A DNA stretch of 64,000 nucleotides from Eledone cirrhosa (lineage: Eukaryota), in NCBI GenBank assembly GCA_964016885.1, contig OZ024762.1, positions 28,644,001-28,708,000 on the forward strand. The letters are read 5' to 3'. Positions 36,717 to 50,640 of the stretch are shown here, in pieces (positions within the stretch are counted from its first letter, which is position 1; the number at the start of each line of letters is the position of its first letter). The notes under the pieces were generated by a model. It did not search any database. It was not told where the DNA came from and worked only from the letters and a program-made list of their open reading frames with translations. The position numbers and the translations under genes are program-made.

Positions 36717-37224
36717 AGTGTTAATATGCTACCACCACTCCCCAGGTTGTGAGGAGGGGTAGTATTGGAGTTAGTGTTAATATGGTACCACCACTCCCCA
36801 GGTTGTGAGGAGGGGTAGTATTGGAGTTAGTGTTAATATGCTACCACCACTCCCCAGGTTGTGAGGAGGGGTAGTATTGGAGTTAGTGTTAATATGCTAC
36901 CACCCCTCCCCAGGTTGTGAGGAGGGGTAGTATTGGAGTTAGTGTTAATATGGTACCACCACTCCCCAGGTTGTGAGGAGGGGTAGTATTGGAGTTAGTG
37001 TTAATATGGTACCACCACTCCCCAGGTTGTGAGGAGGGGTAGTATTGGAGTTAGTGTTAATATGCTACCACCACTCCCCAGGTTGTGAGGAGGGGTAGTA
37101 TTGGAGGTAGTGTTAATATGGTACCACCACTCCCCAGGTTGTGAGGAGTGGTAGTATTGGAGGTAGTGTTAATATGGTACCACCACTCCCCAGGTTGTGA
37201 GGAGTGGTAGTATTGGAGGTAGTG
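36717..37224. repeat. 56-bp minisatellite, 9 copies
   Basis: AGTGTTAATATGCTACCACCACTCCCCAGGTTGTGAGGAGGGGTAGTATTGGAGTT. Confidence 0.95.
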
Positions 37225-38229
37225 AAAATTTCACATATATAAACAGATATGGGTTCATTTAGAAATGTGTATACTTATCAATATTAAGAGTCCTGATAAT
37301 AAAAGGTGTTAAAATTATAATCCATAGTGAAAATATATAATACACACATATCTACATACATACACACACATACATATATATATATATATATGAAAAGATT
37401 CAAGACCCCGACAGCTGAACTCCGGTTGTTTCAACTGCTAGATCCAAACTCTAGTTCAGATCTAGCTGTCGAAACGGCCCTGAATCTTTTCATATTACCC
37501 ACTCTACTGAGTACTTTAGTGGGTTATGGTCTAGCTGGTTTTACCACACCCTATCTGATATATATATATAAAACCACATACACACACATATAGACACATA
37601 TGTACTCTTTAGAAGGGTGAAAATAGAAATAACATGTACTTGCTATTTACTTATCACAGTTTGTTGGGGAAAGGAATTAGGTTGGAGATAGTTTGTCTTT
37701 AGGAAAACTGAATTATAGACTGAGGGTAGATGGTGAAACCCAGTGAGCAGTAATGTGAGGTGTATGTAGATACCCAGGATTGGATTCTGTCAAGGTATAT
37801 TATCTGACTAAATAGCTAGTGGTTAGATACTTGGAATAGAACCAAGGAAGTGAGAAAGAGGGGAAATCCAAGGCAAAGTAATCTTTAATTTTTGCCGGAC
37901 TGGCACTCGCCCTGTATAATCAATTCCTGATTATTACTGGAATTCTATAAGAATCCAACCTCTATCATTTTCGGCAGAGGTTGGCGAGTACATTGCTCTG
38001 AGGAACACCAACAGTGTGAAACAGATCTGTCAGCTTCTCTTCCTTCCTTTGCTGAAAAGGAAGTGACATAATCACTACTTTTAAAATAATAGTGCAATGT
38101 CTTCAAAATGTTTTTAATTAAACATACAGTATATTACCAAATATACTATACATACATTCATATATATTGTATTTTATCTGATGAGTGCGTACCAACATTT
38201 TGGTATCCTTGAAATATAGATATATATTA

Positions 38230-38870
38230 AATCCATCCTATGTCCCAAATGCAGACTCTGGGTACACAAGAGATGTAGTGGGATTCAAGGTAAGTTATCT
38301 AAGAATGCAGGTTTTATATGTAGTTGTTACACTGGAGCAGTAAGCAGTAATAGCAGTGGAGGTGGGTGTTCTGAAAGTACCGTAACCAGGGTAAGAACGG
38401 GATAGAAGAAGTTCAGGGTGCTACTACCATTGCTGGCTGCAAAATGTTTTTCCCTCAAAATAAAGGGCAGTCTGTATGATGTGTTTATAAAACAGCAACA
38501 ATACATGGTAGTGACCCTGGGAACTGTGTGGAGAGGACCTCTAAAGATTGGATAGAAATGAAGCTTGTATGCTCTGATGGATGTTTAATAGTAATATACA
38601 TGAAGAGTAAAGTGTAAATAAACAGAGAGAAGCTGGGCATGAGAGGGATTATACACAGTGTGCTGGTATGGATATGAGATGTGTATGAAGGATGACAGCT
38701 GTATAAAGAAGCAGGCTGCTCAAAGTTGATGGAAGAGGAAGACCTAGGAGAGATTGAGATGAGGTGATAAAAACTGACCTGACACCATTGTACCTCTCAA
38801 AGGTGATGACACAGGATTGAAATCTCCGGCGTTGTACAGTACTGCAGAAGACCTGTATTCCCATGTGTTA
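38230..38870 (+). mobile_element. Degraded RTE LINE 3' fragment
   Basis: CPKC..WVHKRCSG and downstream similarity to the 18.8-19.5 kb copy. Confidence 0.75.
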
Positions 38871-39979
38871 ACCTAATATATTCCTTCCATATACTGTACT
38901 GATTGTGTTGTTATTTCTCTTTACCTTTTCTATATATACTTATATATATATATAAAGGATAACAAAATATCGTTATAGGTAAGTGAAACAATTAATCCAA
39001 TTATCAGTGAAACAATTGTTAGGCTGCAAATAAATACCCTTTTTTGTACTGTTGACCGTGTTATTCTCCGCTTTTTCAATTATATATATATATATATTTA
39101 TATATGTGTGTGAGTGTACGTCCATATATATATATATACATACACACACACCGTTTTTGTATTTGTCAAGCAAGGTTTCTTATCTGAAAACTTGCGTTGA
39201 AACAGATATTGTTATACTCTAGGAGAGTCATGCTGCCAATAAAAACTCATGCAATTGTTGGTTTACTCTTCAATTTGTTATAAACATCCAGTTGGTTAGT
39301 TTATTTGTTTATTGTCAAAGCTCTTTTGTCACACATTATATAACCTCCTCAGTGTTATTTAGTATCTCTCCTGTGTTTTGTCTGACACCATCTAGTTTTT
39401 GTGAACTCACAAAAACAAGAGATTATTTCTTTTGTTGTTTAGTAAAAATTAACACAACACATTGATTACATCTGAAGGAGGTAAGTTGACAAAGATTTAT
39501 TTAATGTCTATATTAATGTGTGTAAATAATAGAATTATGTGAACCCTTCAACGATACAGTAATTATATACAAGTGAAAATATAACAACATTCGAAAAATA
39601 TATTTCTTCAATATAGTCAATGTTAATCCTAACTTTGCTGAGTGCTTCTCTATACATGGCTTTATGATCATCTCTCCAAAACATGTACCAGACAGTGTTT
39701 CAGGTAGCTCTTTACAGTATTAGAACCTTATTATGTCACCAACGAAACCCTACACTAACAGATGTCCCTTCAATATCAAAACAGCTTCCTGAAATACAGT
39801 TACTCAATCCCTATTTCACAGGCTAACCCAGACATAGTCCTAATGAAAGGAAATCCTTGTGGAATCATAGGGGTACCTTAGTGACATACAACATTTATTG
39901 GGTATTTTAGACCTGGTGGAGACAACACCCTCCTTCCAGATCTGAATACACTTGATTTCTTCCAGAGAAAGGGATATAG

Positions 39980-40018
<39 letters not shown>

Positions 40019-40532
40019 ATGGACCTGTAAATCTTGGGTAGTTGTAGGGGTACTTTAGTGGATTTCAGTCTTTCTTGCACATATTTTAAAACGTGATGGA
40101 TCCCATCTCCTCTCTCCAGGTCAGAACACAATTGAGATCTGAATAAAACTTCAAGTAAAATCAGATATTGTATGGATTCATATAGATTCATTAGACTCTT
40201 GGTCTAGTCACAGCTGATTCCTCCCGGAGAAGGAGAGAGAAGTGAGAAAAAGATATTGAGAAAGAATTGACTCCTACTAATATAAAGGTGGAAGTTAAAC
40301 TGGTGTTGACATGTCATCAGGAGAGGGGATGATAGCTATGTTAGAAAGTCCTATAAGAATGAATTTGTCTTTGGTTGTTTAATAAAAACTAACAACACAA
40401 CACATTGATTATATGTGAAAAAAGTAAGTTGACAAAGATTTACTTAATGTCTATATTAATGTAAATAATATAATTATGTGAACCCTTCAACGATACAGTA
40501 ATTATATACAAGTGAAAATATATATAACATTA

Positions 40533-40990
40533 CCACTAATACTAAATACTATACAGTACATTAGATAATGTAGTCCTTGATATACTGTCTGATAACCACT
40601 AATACTAACTACTGTGCTATATTGTACATTAGATAATGTAGTCCTAGATACACTATGTCTGGTAGCTACTAATACTAACTACTGTACTGTACTGAACATT
40701 AGATAATGTAGTCCTAGATACACTATGTCTGATAGCCACTAATACTAACTACTGTACTGTAGATTAGATAATGTAGTCCAGAGTACACTATGTCTGACAG
40801 CCACTAATACCAACTACTGTACTATACAGTGCATTAGATATTTTAGTCCTAGGTACACTGTCTGATAGCCATTAATACTAACTACCGTACTGTACATTAG
40901 ATAATATAGTCCTAGATACACTGTTTCTGATAGTCACTAATACTAACTACTATACTGTACATGAGATAATGTAGTCCTCTGATAGTCACT
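40533..40990. repeat. ~65-70 bp minisatellite, ~7 copies
   Basis: CCACTAATACTAACTACTGTAC..ACATTAGATAATGTAGTCCTAGATACACT..TCTGATAG. Confidence 0.9.
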
Positions 40991-41857
40991 ACTATATATG
41001 TAGTTCTCAGGGAGATTCATCGAGACAAAACGTGTGACATGGCCTCCTTTTTAAATACATATAGAACCCATTTCATATTATAATGTGTTTGGTTACTTCA
41101 TTGACACGTGTACAGTTGACATTGTTCTCAGGGAGATTCAGTGTGACAATTCTATGTAACAACGTATCCCCTATAATTACTGGTACAATTTATTATTTTT
41201 GCCAGCTGGGAGAAATGAAAGAATGAGAAATAAAGTGTCTTGTTCTATGCCCCAATGTACAGAACGCCTGGTCTGGGATTCGAATTCACGAACCATACGT
41301 TCGTGAATTACACGCTTTCATCGCCCAAACCTGGTTTCCTCCACACAAAATACACCAGAATGTTTTAATCCGGATTAATTGACGAACAAGAATTACAATA
41401 AGTCGCTGAGAGTGATCTCCCTAGACTGACTTTAAAATCTTTTCTTCTTACATTAGAAATTAATTTGTTTCATCTCCGACTGAAAGACTCTGGAGTTTTT
41501 ACCTGTCTTGGGTTTAATTAATGAGGAATTTTGAGGTATTTATAACAATTATTAATTATTTCATTACTGAGATATCATTTGAAGGATTTACTAAAGTTTT
41601 TAATTATTAATTATTTTATTAGTAACTTAATATGTGGTTCTTGTATAAAATTATGTTGGAAGATTTTAGGAAAAAGCTATGTAGCGGGTGTCGGTAAAAT
41701 AGACTCCCAGGCTATGTAGCTGGTAAGAGTGTCAGACTCCATGTGTTGCGGCCCTTTTTGGTCTGAGTTGACACAATTTAAAATCTTTTCCACCATCAAT
41801 TATTAAAAAACAAGTTAAAATCATTAGTCGTCCATTCGTAAAGTACATTACACTTTA

Positions 41858-43415
41858 GTTACATATACATCTACTGTATTATATATACACACATCTATCG
41901 TGTTACATACACACATCTACTGTGTTACATACAGACACATCTACTGTGTTACATACACACACATCTACTGAGTTACATACACACACATCTACTGAGTTAC
42001 ATAAACATCTACCGTGTTACATACACACATCTACTGAGTAACATACATACACATCTACCGTGTTACATACACACAGATCTACTGAGTTAGATACACACAC
42101 ATCTTTAACGAAAGGTATAAATGAGAAAGAAATGGTTATATAATGGATAGTATGGTAATATGTATAGAATAGATATGTTGGTTATTTAGTTGTTATGATA
42201 ATAACAATGTTGTTAGAAGAGATAACATGAATAATAGGAATAATAACATGAATATGATATAAAGGATATAAGAATGATTTGATATATATAGTTTACTTCA
42301 CGTGAATTAAAAGGTACAAATAAACAAGTTACCATAAGTTGCAAAGATTGACAATATTATTTTGTTGTTGAAGTGTAGGCTGTTGTAGTCTGTTGTTGTT
42401 GGTGTTAAAAAGGCGAGTTACAGATAATTGTTGTTGTTGTTGGAATTCGTAGTAATAGTTGTTAGACCGTGTTAGTTAGAGAGAGATGAGATATGGTTCG
42501 TATATCTCTGAATGGTCTGAAGTAACTGAGAAATACCGTGAACTGCATATCTTCCACATTTGTGTTCTGTATAGCAGGGTTCCAATCGCTCTGGACGTAT
42601 CTGTAGACTTCATGGGGTCTGTTGAATAGTGGTGAATCTTTACATAGCTTGTTCTGGAGTGGGGTGCTCCGATGTCTCTGGCTGTAGACTACTGGGGTCT
42701 ATTTATAGCAGTAAATCCTTACATATTTAGTTGTATATCCTATCACTTCGATGTCTCTGTGGAATGGCTTGTACATGGTCTGCATATAGCTGTCACTTCC
42801 TGTCCCCCAACCTGAACTTGTTAACACAATAAATGTGGTGACCTAAAATTTAACCTTTAGGTATCACCTGAAGTTCAAGGCGCGGAGAGATTTCGCTACA
42901 CATCTACTGTGTTACATACACACATCTACTGTTACATACACACATCTACTGTGCTACATAGACATCTACTGTGTTACCTACACACACATCTACTGTGTTA
43001 CATACACACACATCTACTGTGTTACATACACACACATCTACTGTGTTACATACACACACATCTACTGTGTTACATACACACATCTACTGCGTTACATACA
43101 CATACATCTGTGTTACATACACACATCTACTATGTTACATACACACGCATCTACTGTGTTAGATACACACACATCTACTGTGTTACATACACACACACAT
43201 CTACTGTGTTACATACACACACATCTACTGTGTTACACACACACATCTACTGTATTACATACACACACATCTACTGTGTTACATACACACACATCTACTG
43301 AGTTACACACACACACATCTACTGTGTTACATACACACATCTACTGGGTTACATACACACACATCTAATGTGTTACATATGCACATATACTGTGTTACAT
43401 ACACACACATCTACT
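41858..43415. repeat. 22-26 bp minisatellite split by an ~800-bp insertion
   Basis: CATCTACTGTGTTACATACA(CA)n at 41858-42103 and 42901-43415. Confidence 0.92.
42104..42900 (-). mobile_element. Candidate solo LTR
   Basis: Minus strand begins TGTAGCGAAA and ends TTTCGTTAAA; CATC on both flanks, though ambiguous inside a satellite. Confidence 0.55.
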
Positions 43416-44498
43416 CATACATATTCATAAATAGACACACAATACTAAATAATTATTACATACACACACATCTATGTAATGATTGAGGAAGGAAGGGGCT
43501 GGTGAAACGCTATAGCGATGTGTGTGTTGCGTACCTTTAAGGTTTACCGGCTTCGTAGCCTATTCGAAGATTTTATTATAATTATGAACCTTGTATTTCA
43601 ATTAATTATGACTAATTTTGAGCTATTTATCACAATTGTTAGTTAATTACTAACATAGTAACTTAACATATGGTTGTTATATAGAATTTGGTTGGAAGAC
43701 TTTAATTTAGATAGGAACCATTTCCATAGAACGAGAACCAATTTTGGCTGGGTTTCTACCATATAATTGCGTGAATACACAATTATATATGTATGTGTAT
43801 ATATATATAAACAGTATATATATATAGTATACAAAAGATGTAGTGGGATAATGAGTTATCTTAAGACAAGTCTGTCCAGATAGCTGCGCTGTAGCTTACA
43901 TTTATTAGGACTGTGTTGGCTAGCAGGCCTGTATTTTGGGATCTAGCTGGTCCATTATGAGGGAGGTCTGGTTAGTTGACTGCACCATGCTTTACTTGTG
44001 GTATATGTATGTATAGAAATAAGTTATTGTATATGTATAATTGTCCATCTATATATATACATGTGTAGCAAGAGTTGCCTCCCCTGCAATGACAAACTCA
44101 TCACCGCTCTCTAGACAGGAAGTAGGGGGAGTTGCTTCCCTTTGGGATTGACAGACTCCCTGTTGGTCACTCCCGGTCAACTCATATAAAAGGAGCAGTT
44201 TACCACGAGATCTCTCTCTCGCCTCCTGATTCCTGAAGTGGTAACACCTTCGACCCTAGCTTGTGATGATTCCTTCTTGACGACCCTTTCGTTACCAAGA
44301 ACAATGCAACTTGCAGCCTGAGATGAGAGCCTAAGATGTCTCTAACAACTTCAGCCTTGTATTATGACCATCGGGTAACAAATCCTTATATTTAATGCCT
44401 TTGACTTCCATGAAGTAAAAACTTTATTATAACACACACACCGGTATTTACTGTCTTTTATATTATATTGTATGTACACCGATACTAATTTCCTAAAG

Positions 44499-44518
44499 TG
44501 GTGACCCCCGACGTGATT
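44499..44518 (+). promoter_or_regulatory. Primer binding site complementary to tRNA-Trp 3' end
   Basis: TGGTGACCCCCGACGTGATT versus the tRNA-Trp end AATCACGTCGGGGTCACCA (one extra C). Confidence 0.75.
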
Positions 44519-44969
44519 TTTAAAAAAAGAATGGGAAATGGTATACAGTGTATTTAATATGATATAAAAAAAAAAAAGAGAGACAGAAGAAAAAGAGAAA
44601 AATATTACAATTTAATACAAAACGAACACCTACAATTATTGACACACAGACAAACCGCAATTGTATATATGTTTTTGCCTTCTGTTTTCTCTCCTTTTCT
44701 GCCTTTCGCTTCTCTGGCTAAAAATTTCTGAGGATGACAAGATGGAGTCTCTCTTCTCCATCAATAGTGTTTTTGGCGCGAAATAGTCCGCCATGTTGGA
44801 TTTTTTTTTGATTTTTTAGGTTCCTTGCCCTTACCTTAGTATAACAGCATTCAATTAATCGCTTGTTCGCATATTGTCCCGGATGCATTATTTTTCCGGT
44901 CCAGTGGTCTGACGAAAAAATTTAGTTTTCCTTTTCTGTTACGTTAGAGACATTTTTCCAAACGGTAGA

Positions 44970-45761
44970 TTGCCTACCAATTGCATACCAATGGCTTCCC
45001 ACTCTGTTCTGCCAACGTACACGGGCGACGTGAGGCTATGGTTCTCGCAGTTAGAAGCTTTCTTCAGGGCGAACAGAGTTGACGAGGAACTACAACATTC
45101 TGTGGTCCTTAGCGCAATTCCGCCGGCAATTCTCCCAGCGGTTAAGGACCTCGTGTTAGAGGCAACCACAGACTCGTCGTACACGTCTCTGAAGGCTGAA
45201 ATACTCAGCCGGACAGAACAGTCTTCAGAAAAGAGATTTAGGGCTCTGGTCCATCTGGAGCATATAGGGGATGGCACCCCATCGAACCTCCTTAGGCGAA
45301 TGAAGGACCTAACGGAGGGGTCTGCAGTGGAAACTGTCCTGCTGAAGCAGTTGTTCTTTTCGCGCCTGCCGACCAACGTACAGGCTATTTTGGCCCCCAT
45401 GAGGGATACAAGCATGGTGGAGCAGCTTGCCTCATCTGTGGACAAAATTTTCGAGGTGACGAATGCCGGAGACAGCGACCCCCTTGCCGCTGTTCAACAC
45501 CCAGCTCGGGCCACACACGGCCATGCGATCTACGCGGCAGCACCAACAGACAGCTCGACTATTATTGCGATGCAAAGGTCCATTCAGGAGCTCACCATTG
45601 AGCTCCACAAGATGAAGGCCTTGTGTGGTGGCTGTTCGCAAAGTTTCAGACGGAGTTCTAAGTCACCAGCTTCATCTCTATGCTGGTACCACGAGCGATT
45701 TGCTGAGAACGCGAAGCACTGCGTGCAACCTTGCTCCTATCATAAGGCGGGAAATGCATAA
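44970..45761 (+). CDS. gag: Gypsy-1 gag (probable start ATG 44991)
   Basis: [38 protein letters not shown]. Confidence 0.85.
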   Translation: MPTNCIPMASHSVLPTYTGDVRLWFSQLEAFFRANRVDEELQHSVVLSAIPPAILPAVKDLVLEATTDSSYTSLKAEILSRTEQSSEKRFRALVHLEHIGDGTPSNLLRRMKDLTEGSAVETVLLKQLFFSRLPTNVQAILAPMRDTSMVEQLASSVDKIFEVTNAGDSDPLAAVQHPARATHGHAIYAAAPTDSSTIIAMQRSIQELTIELHKMKALCGGCSQSFRRSSKSPASSLCWYHERFAENAKHCVQPCSYHKAGNA

Positions 45762-48420
45762 GAGGTCCTCTGATGGGGACAGATGACCTCAACATAAAGC
45801 CACCAAACCGCCATTTCTTCATTAAGGACCTAATATCCGGAAGAGGTTTCCTCGTGGATACAGGAGCCTCCTGTAGTATCTGGCCGGTCCATTGCCTGAA
45901 AGATATCCCCATAGAGTCATCTGTTACGCTGCAGGCAGTTAACCACTCGTCTATAAAGACGTACGGGCAAATCTCGCTCCCTCTTAAATTCCTAAATCTT
46001 CGAAGGGATTTTAAGTGGATTTTTACGGTTGCCGATTTGCCATATCCCATCTTAGGAGCGGATTTCCTCCACAACTTCTCTTTAACTGTGGACGTCCGTG
46101 GCCAACGCCTGGTGGATAACATCACCGGCTTTTCAATTCATGGCCAGGAAGCCAATGCCCCAATAGTCAGCCCCATGTTCTTTATCGCCGCCGCTGGAGA
46201 CGCCTACCATGCGTTACTAGGTTCTTTCCCGGAGCTCACGGATGGAAATTTTCGAGTCACTGACCCAACACACTCGACCGAACATTTTGTTTCCACCACC
46301 GGTGCCCCAGTGTTTTCGCGTACACGCCGCTTACCGACGGAAAAATTAAAGGCAGCACGGTCCGAGTTCGACCATATGCTGCAGCAGGGCATTATTCGCC
46401 CATCTACGAGTCCTTGGGCTTCACCGTTACACATGGTGCCCAAGACTTCCGGCGACTGGAGACCCACGGGGGATTATAGGAGGTTAAATGCCATGACTGT
46501 CCCGGATAGGTATCCCATTCCCCATCTCCACGATTTTGCATCTTCACTGCAGGGGTGTAAGATTTTTTCTAAGTTAGATTTAGTGCGAGCCTACCACCAA
46601 ATTCTGGACAGGAAGGAGGATATTCCGAAAACGGCGATTACAACCCCTTTCGGATCATTCAAATTTTTGACCATGCCTTTCGGACTCAGGAACGCCGCTA
46701 GCACTTTTCAGCGGTTCATAGACGAGGTCACGCGTGGTCTGGACTTCGTCTATGCTTACATAGACGATATTCTCGTCGCTAGTTCCTCTCCGGAAAAGCA
46801 TATGCGCCACATGCTTCTCTTACTTCGGCGACTTCAGGATTACCGCGTTCGCGTGAATCCTGCAAAGTGTGTTTTCGGTTCCACTTCCCTACATTTTTAG
46901 GCCACCTCATCGACGCCGAAGGTATTAGGCCGCTCCCTCAGCGAGTTCAAGCCATACAGGAGTTACCTGCGCCTACTACACTTCACCAGTTGCGTCACTT
47001 CTTAGGCCTAATCAATTTCTATAGGCGTTTCATTCCTCGTGCTAATTGGCTATCTTCCCTTACTGACATTTTAAAAAATTGTCGTAAGAAGAATGAAGAC
47101 ATTTCCTTGACACAAGGACAGCTTCAGGACTTCCAGTCTGCCAAGTCAGCACTCACTAGTTCTTCTTTGCTAGCCCATCCGGTACCAGAGGCCAAGCTTT
47201 CGCTTTGTGTTGATGCATCTGATACAACTGTGGGAGCAGTTTTACAGCAGTCTTACGCTGAAAACCAACAACCTTTGGCATTTTTCTCGAGGAAGTTGAA
47301 ACCAGCAGAAACGCGTTACAGCACGTTTGGGCGGGAATTATTAGCCATATATCTGTCGGTGAAACATTTCTCTCATATCCTTGAGGGGAGAAATTTTACG
47401 GTTTTTACCGACCACAAACCGTTGACCTTCGCTTTGAGGGCCAAAGCTGACAGATATTCGCCCAGAGAGACAAGGCACCTGGACTACGTTTCACAATTTA
47501 CAAACGATATCCAGCACATTGCCGGCTTGCACAACATAGTTGCAGACGCATTATCACGTTTGACAATTAGCTCCATCTCGTCATCCCAGGAGATCGACTT
47601 AGGTCGTTTAGCTGCAGACCAACCTGCACTCCAATCGTTGGACACTCTTTCTACTGAATTTGTGACTTGCATTTTCAAATATCTGCCCTTGTCCACCACC
47701 GACAGGCAGATTCTATGTGATGTATCCACTGATGCACCACGACCACTTGTTCCTGAGACTCACCGTCGGGAGCTCAACGGATTCGGACCACAGCCTATCA
47801 TCCTGCTTCAAATGGAATGGTGGAATGATTCCACCGCCAATTAAAGGCCGCTCTTCGCGCCTATCCAGACTCTCAACATTGGAGCGAGTACCTTCCTATT
47901 GTGTTATTAGGAATTCGGTCATCAATAAAGGAGGACCTTGGGTTCTCCCCAGCCGAATTAATTTACGGTGTTCCTCTAGCGTTGCCTGGGCAAATGCTTG
48001 CCCCTGTTGATCTTGCTTTCCAAGATCCGCTTTCCTACGTATCCCGTCTGTGTTCTTATTTTCAGGACCTGCCGCCGATGGATACGAGGAAGCAAACTGT
48101 AAAACCTGCGGTCCCAAGAGACATTGCCTCGTGGACCCATGTGTTCGTAAGGAACGATGCTGTGAGACCACCCCTCACACAACCATACTCTGGACCCTAC
48201 CGTGTGTTAGCACGCACTGACAAACATTTCACTGTAGACGTTAAGGGGTCCAGAGGGACAATTTCGGTGGATAGACTGAAAAGGGCACACAATGACGCTC
48301 GTACACCCGTGCCACAAATACCCAAATCTTTCTCTCTTGTGCATACACCGGCTCCTTCTGCCCCACCGTTCACCTACATACAAGACTACGACCCGTTCCG
48401 GTCGGAGAGTCCACTGGCCC
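45749..48420 (+). pseudogene. pol: Gypsy-1 pol (PR-RT-RH-IN), frameshifted with an integrase deletion
   Basis: LVDTGA, YIDD, VDAS, FTDHKPL; frameshift at about 46890; integrase zinc finger and most of the core missing at about 47768; stop in GMVE*FH. Confidence 0.92.
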
Positions 48421-49789
48421 AAAAAGTTCTGCGAAACTAGTTTTATGTGAACTGGCCATTGGAGCCTTATATATATATATTTTTTTTCTTTCTTGCTGTT
48501 CTTGTTATTTATTGATTTATTGTATTGCAATGTACCTCTCATTACCATTTCACTGGATGTATATATATGTTTTTCGTTTCCTTTACAACGAACATTTTAA
48601 GCTATATTCCTCTATTTGCCGGTTTATAAATTTACCACGTAAATTTGCCGTTGAAAACCGCGCATTTATTAAGAATGCTTATTTCTCTGGTCGCTGGCCT
48701 CTTGACCCTTCCAGGTCAACGAATTCACAACATCAACAACAACAACACAGCTTCATCAACAACTAAAACCAGCAGAACAAGCCAAACAATTTATTTCTGC
48801 AGCACTCTGCCTGTGAGAAATTCCCTTCGGAAGTTGGAAATTTCATGTTATACCACAGACCAGAAACCACCTGCATTCATTCTCTGGAACACATTCTTAA
48901 CTGCTGTCATGTGACTGCACACATGTTAACTGTATTTTAGATATTTGAACTTTTGACCTCTTCTCTTACTTTCATTACTTTGTACCATAATTTTCATGCC
49001 TCTTACATGCTCGCCATCTTACTCCATGCATGCTTCTTTCGATTTTTATGTTTTAAAAATCTGGCGGGAGGTAGTGTAGCAAGAGTTGCCTCCCCTGCCA
49101 TGACAAACTCATCACCGCTCTCTAGACAGGAAGTAGGGGGAGTTGCTTCTCTTTGGGATTGACAGACTCCCTGTTGGTCACTTCCAGTCAACTCATATAA
49201 AAGGAGCAGTTTACCATGAGATCTCTCTCTCGCCTCCTGATTCCTGAAGTGGTAACACCTTAGACCCTAGCTTGTTATGATTCCTTCTTGACGACCCTTT
49301 CGTTACCAAGAACAATGCAACTTGCAGCCTGAGATGAGAGCCTAAGATGTCTCTAACAACTTCAGCCTTGTATTATGACCATCGGGTAACAAATCCTTAT
49401 ATTTAATGCCTTTGACTTTCATGAAGTAAAAACTTTATTATAACACACACACCGGTATTTACTGTCTTTTATATTATCTTGTATGTACACCGATACTAAT
49501 TTCCTAAACATGTATGTTTAGGTATGTGTTTACATGCATATATACATTTTCAGATGTATACACGTAAGAGTATATATATATGTATATCTATAAATATATA
49601 TACATACATATGAGAGGAAGGTGTCGTGTCGCGTATACACGCCGCCTTGCCGCCTGCCTTTTCCAGCAGCGACTACAAGCGTACGGGTCGGCGGCAGAAC
49701 CGCCTAGCCGGCGGGCTGGATTCCTTCCCGATGTTTATATTTATATATCAATCATCTTTTAATATATACATGTATATATAAAATATATA

Positions 49790-49868
49790 CAGGGTCTCCC
49801 CTCAAAAATGTATTCACACTTCAACTACAGTCGATGTAAATGTGTATACATATTTTAGAGACACCCTG
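49790..49868. mobile_element. Tiny Tc1/mariner-type MITE
   Basis: TA|CAGGGT...ACCCTG|TA palindrome; related copies at 50973-51047, 61131-61200 and 62497-62575. Confidence 0.75.
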
Positions 49869-50440
49869 TATATATACATATCATGTAACGTGACTCCTAT
49901 TATTATTGGTTGTACAGATCGTCACAAATGAAAATATTAATTTCGACCAAGATTCAATATTTAATGGAATTAACTGGAATTAGGAAATAAGACAATTAAA
50001 CAGTGAAATGAAGACATAAGAGGTAGATAGAGTAAAAGAGAGGGGGAGAGAGAATTAACACAGTTTTGTCTTTCTATCTCTCTCACTCCTCCTCCTTACA
50101 TATATTATTGTCTCTTACTACTCCTCATAAAAGCAGATCGCCATGCCACCTTTCGAGTAAACTAAGAAACTCTGAAAGGCTGTGGGCGATAACTCTTTTC
50201 CAAGATTAAGAAACCAGCCCAGTTTGAACCATGTAACACGTTAGTAAACCAGACTGCAAACCATTCGATCATACTAGTAAATGATTGTAGCGTAAACAGT
50301 GATACTATATAAAAGCAGTAGGAGATAACTCTGTAGGCACTATAGTGAACTACGTGAGATTCGAACCCTTGTAAGATGAGAGAGCTGAGGTTTGTAAGCC
50401 GAGTCGCTACTAATTCAGCCACATTAAAGTTTATAAAGAG

Positions 50441-50640
50441 AGGGCGGTGGATTGGCAGTATCGGTAGAGGGTCGGACGCCATGCTTTCCAGCATAGTTAC
50501 GTCCCTTTACGATCTGAGTTCAAATCCCGCCGAGGTTGACTTTGCCTTTCATCCTTACGGGGTCGATAAAATAAAGTACCAGTAATGAACTGGATAATTG
50601 CTGGCCTTGTGCCTAAAGTAGAAACAATTAAAGTTTATAA
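50441..50640 (+). mobile_element. SINE (tRNA-like head, Nin/Deu-domain-like body)
   Basis: GAGTTCAAATCCCGCCGAGGTTGACTTTGCCTTTCATCCTTACGGGGTCGATAAAATAAAGTACCAG; more copies at 52303-52440(-) and 61537-61940(-, tandem pair). Confidence 0.8.

Larger units (their letters stand above)
44064..49508 (+). mobile_element. Gypsy LTR retrotransposon 1 (defective)
   Basis: 434-bp LTRs 44064-44497 and 49075-49508 (about 9 differences by eye), CATG TSD, PBS, purine-rich GGCGGGAGGTAG before the 3' LTR. Confidence 0.96.

Noticed and set aside
36717-37224. CRISPR-like array
   Set aside because: Units are contiguous with no unique spacers, there are no cas genes, and the context is eukaryotic
42909-43368. 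His/Thr/Cys-rich ORFs
   Set aside because: Translations of the 22-26 bp minisatellite
50162-50494. Duplicated 100-110 aa ORF (mirror at 61901-62200)
   Set aside because: Starts inside an antisense SINE; recurrence reflects the inverted repeat rather than coding constraint
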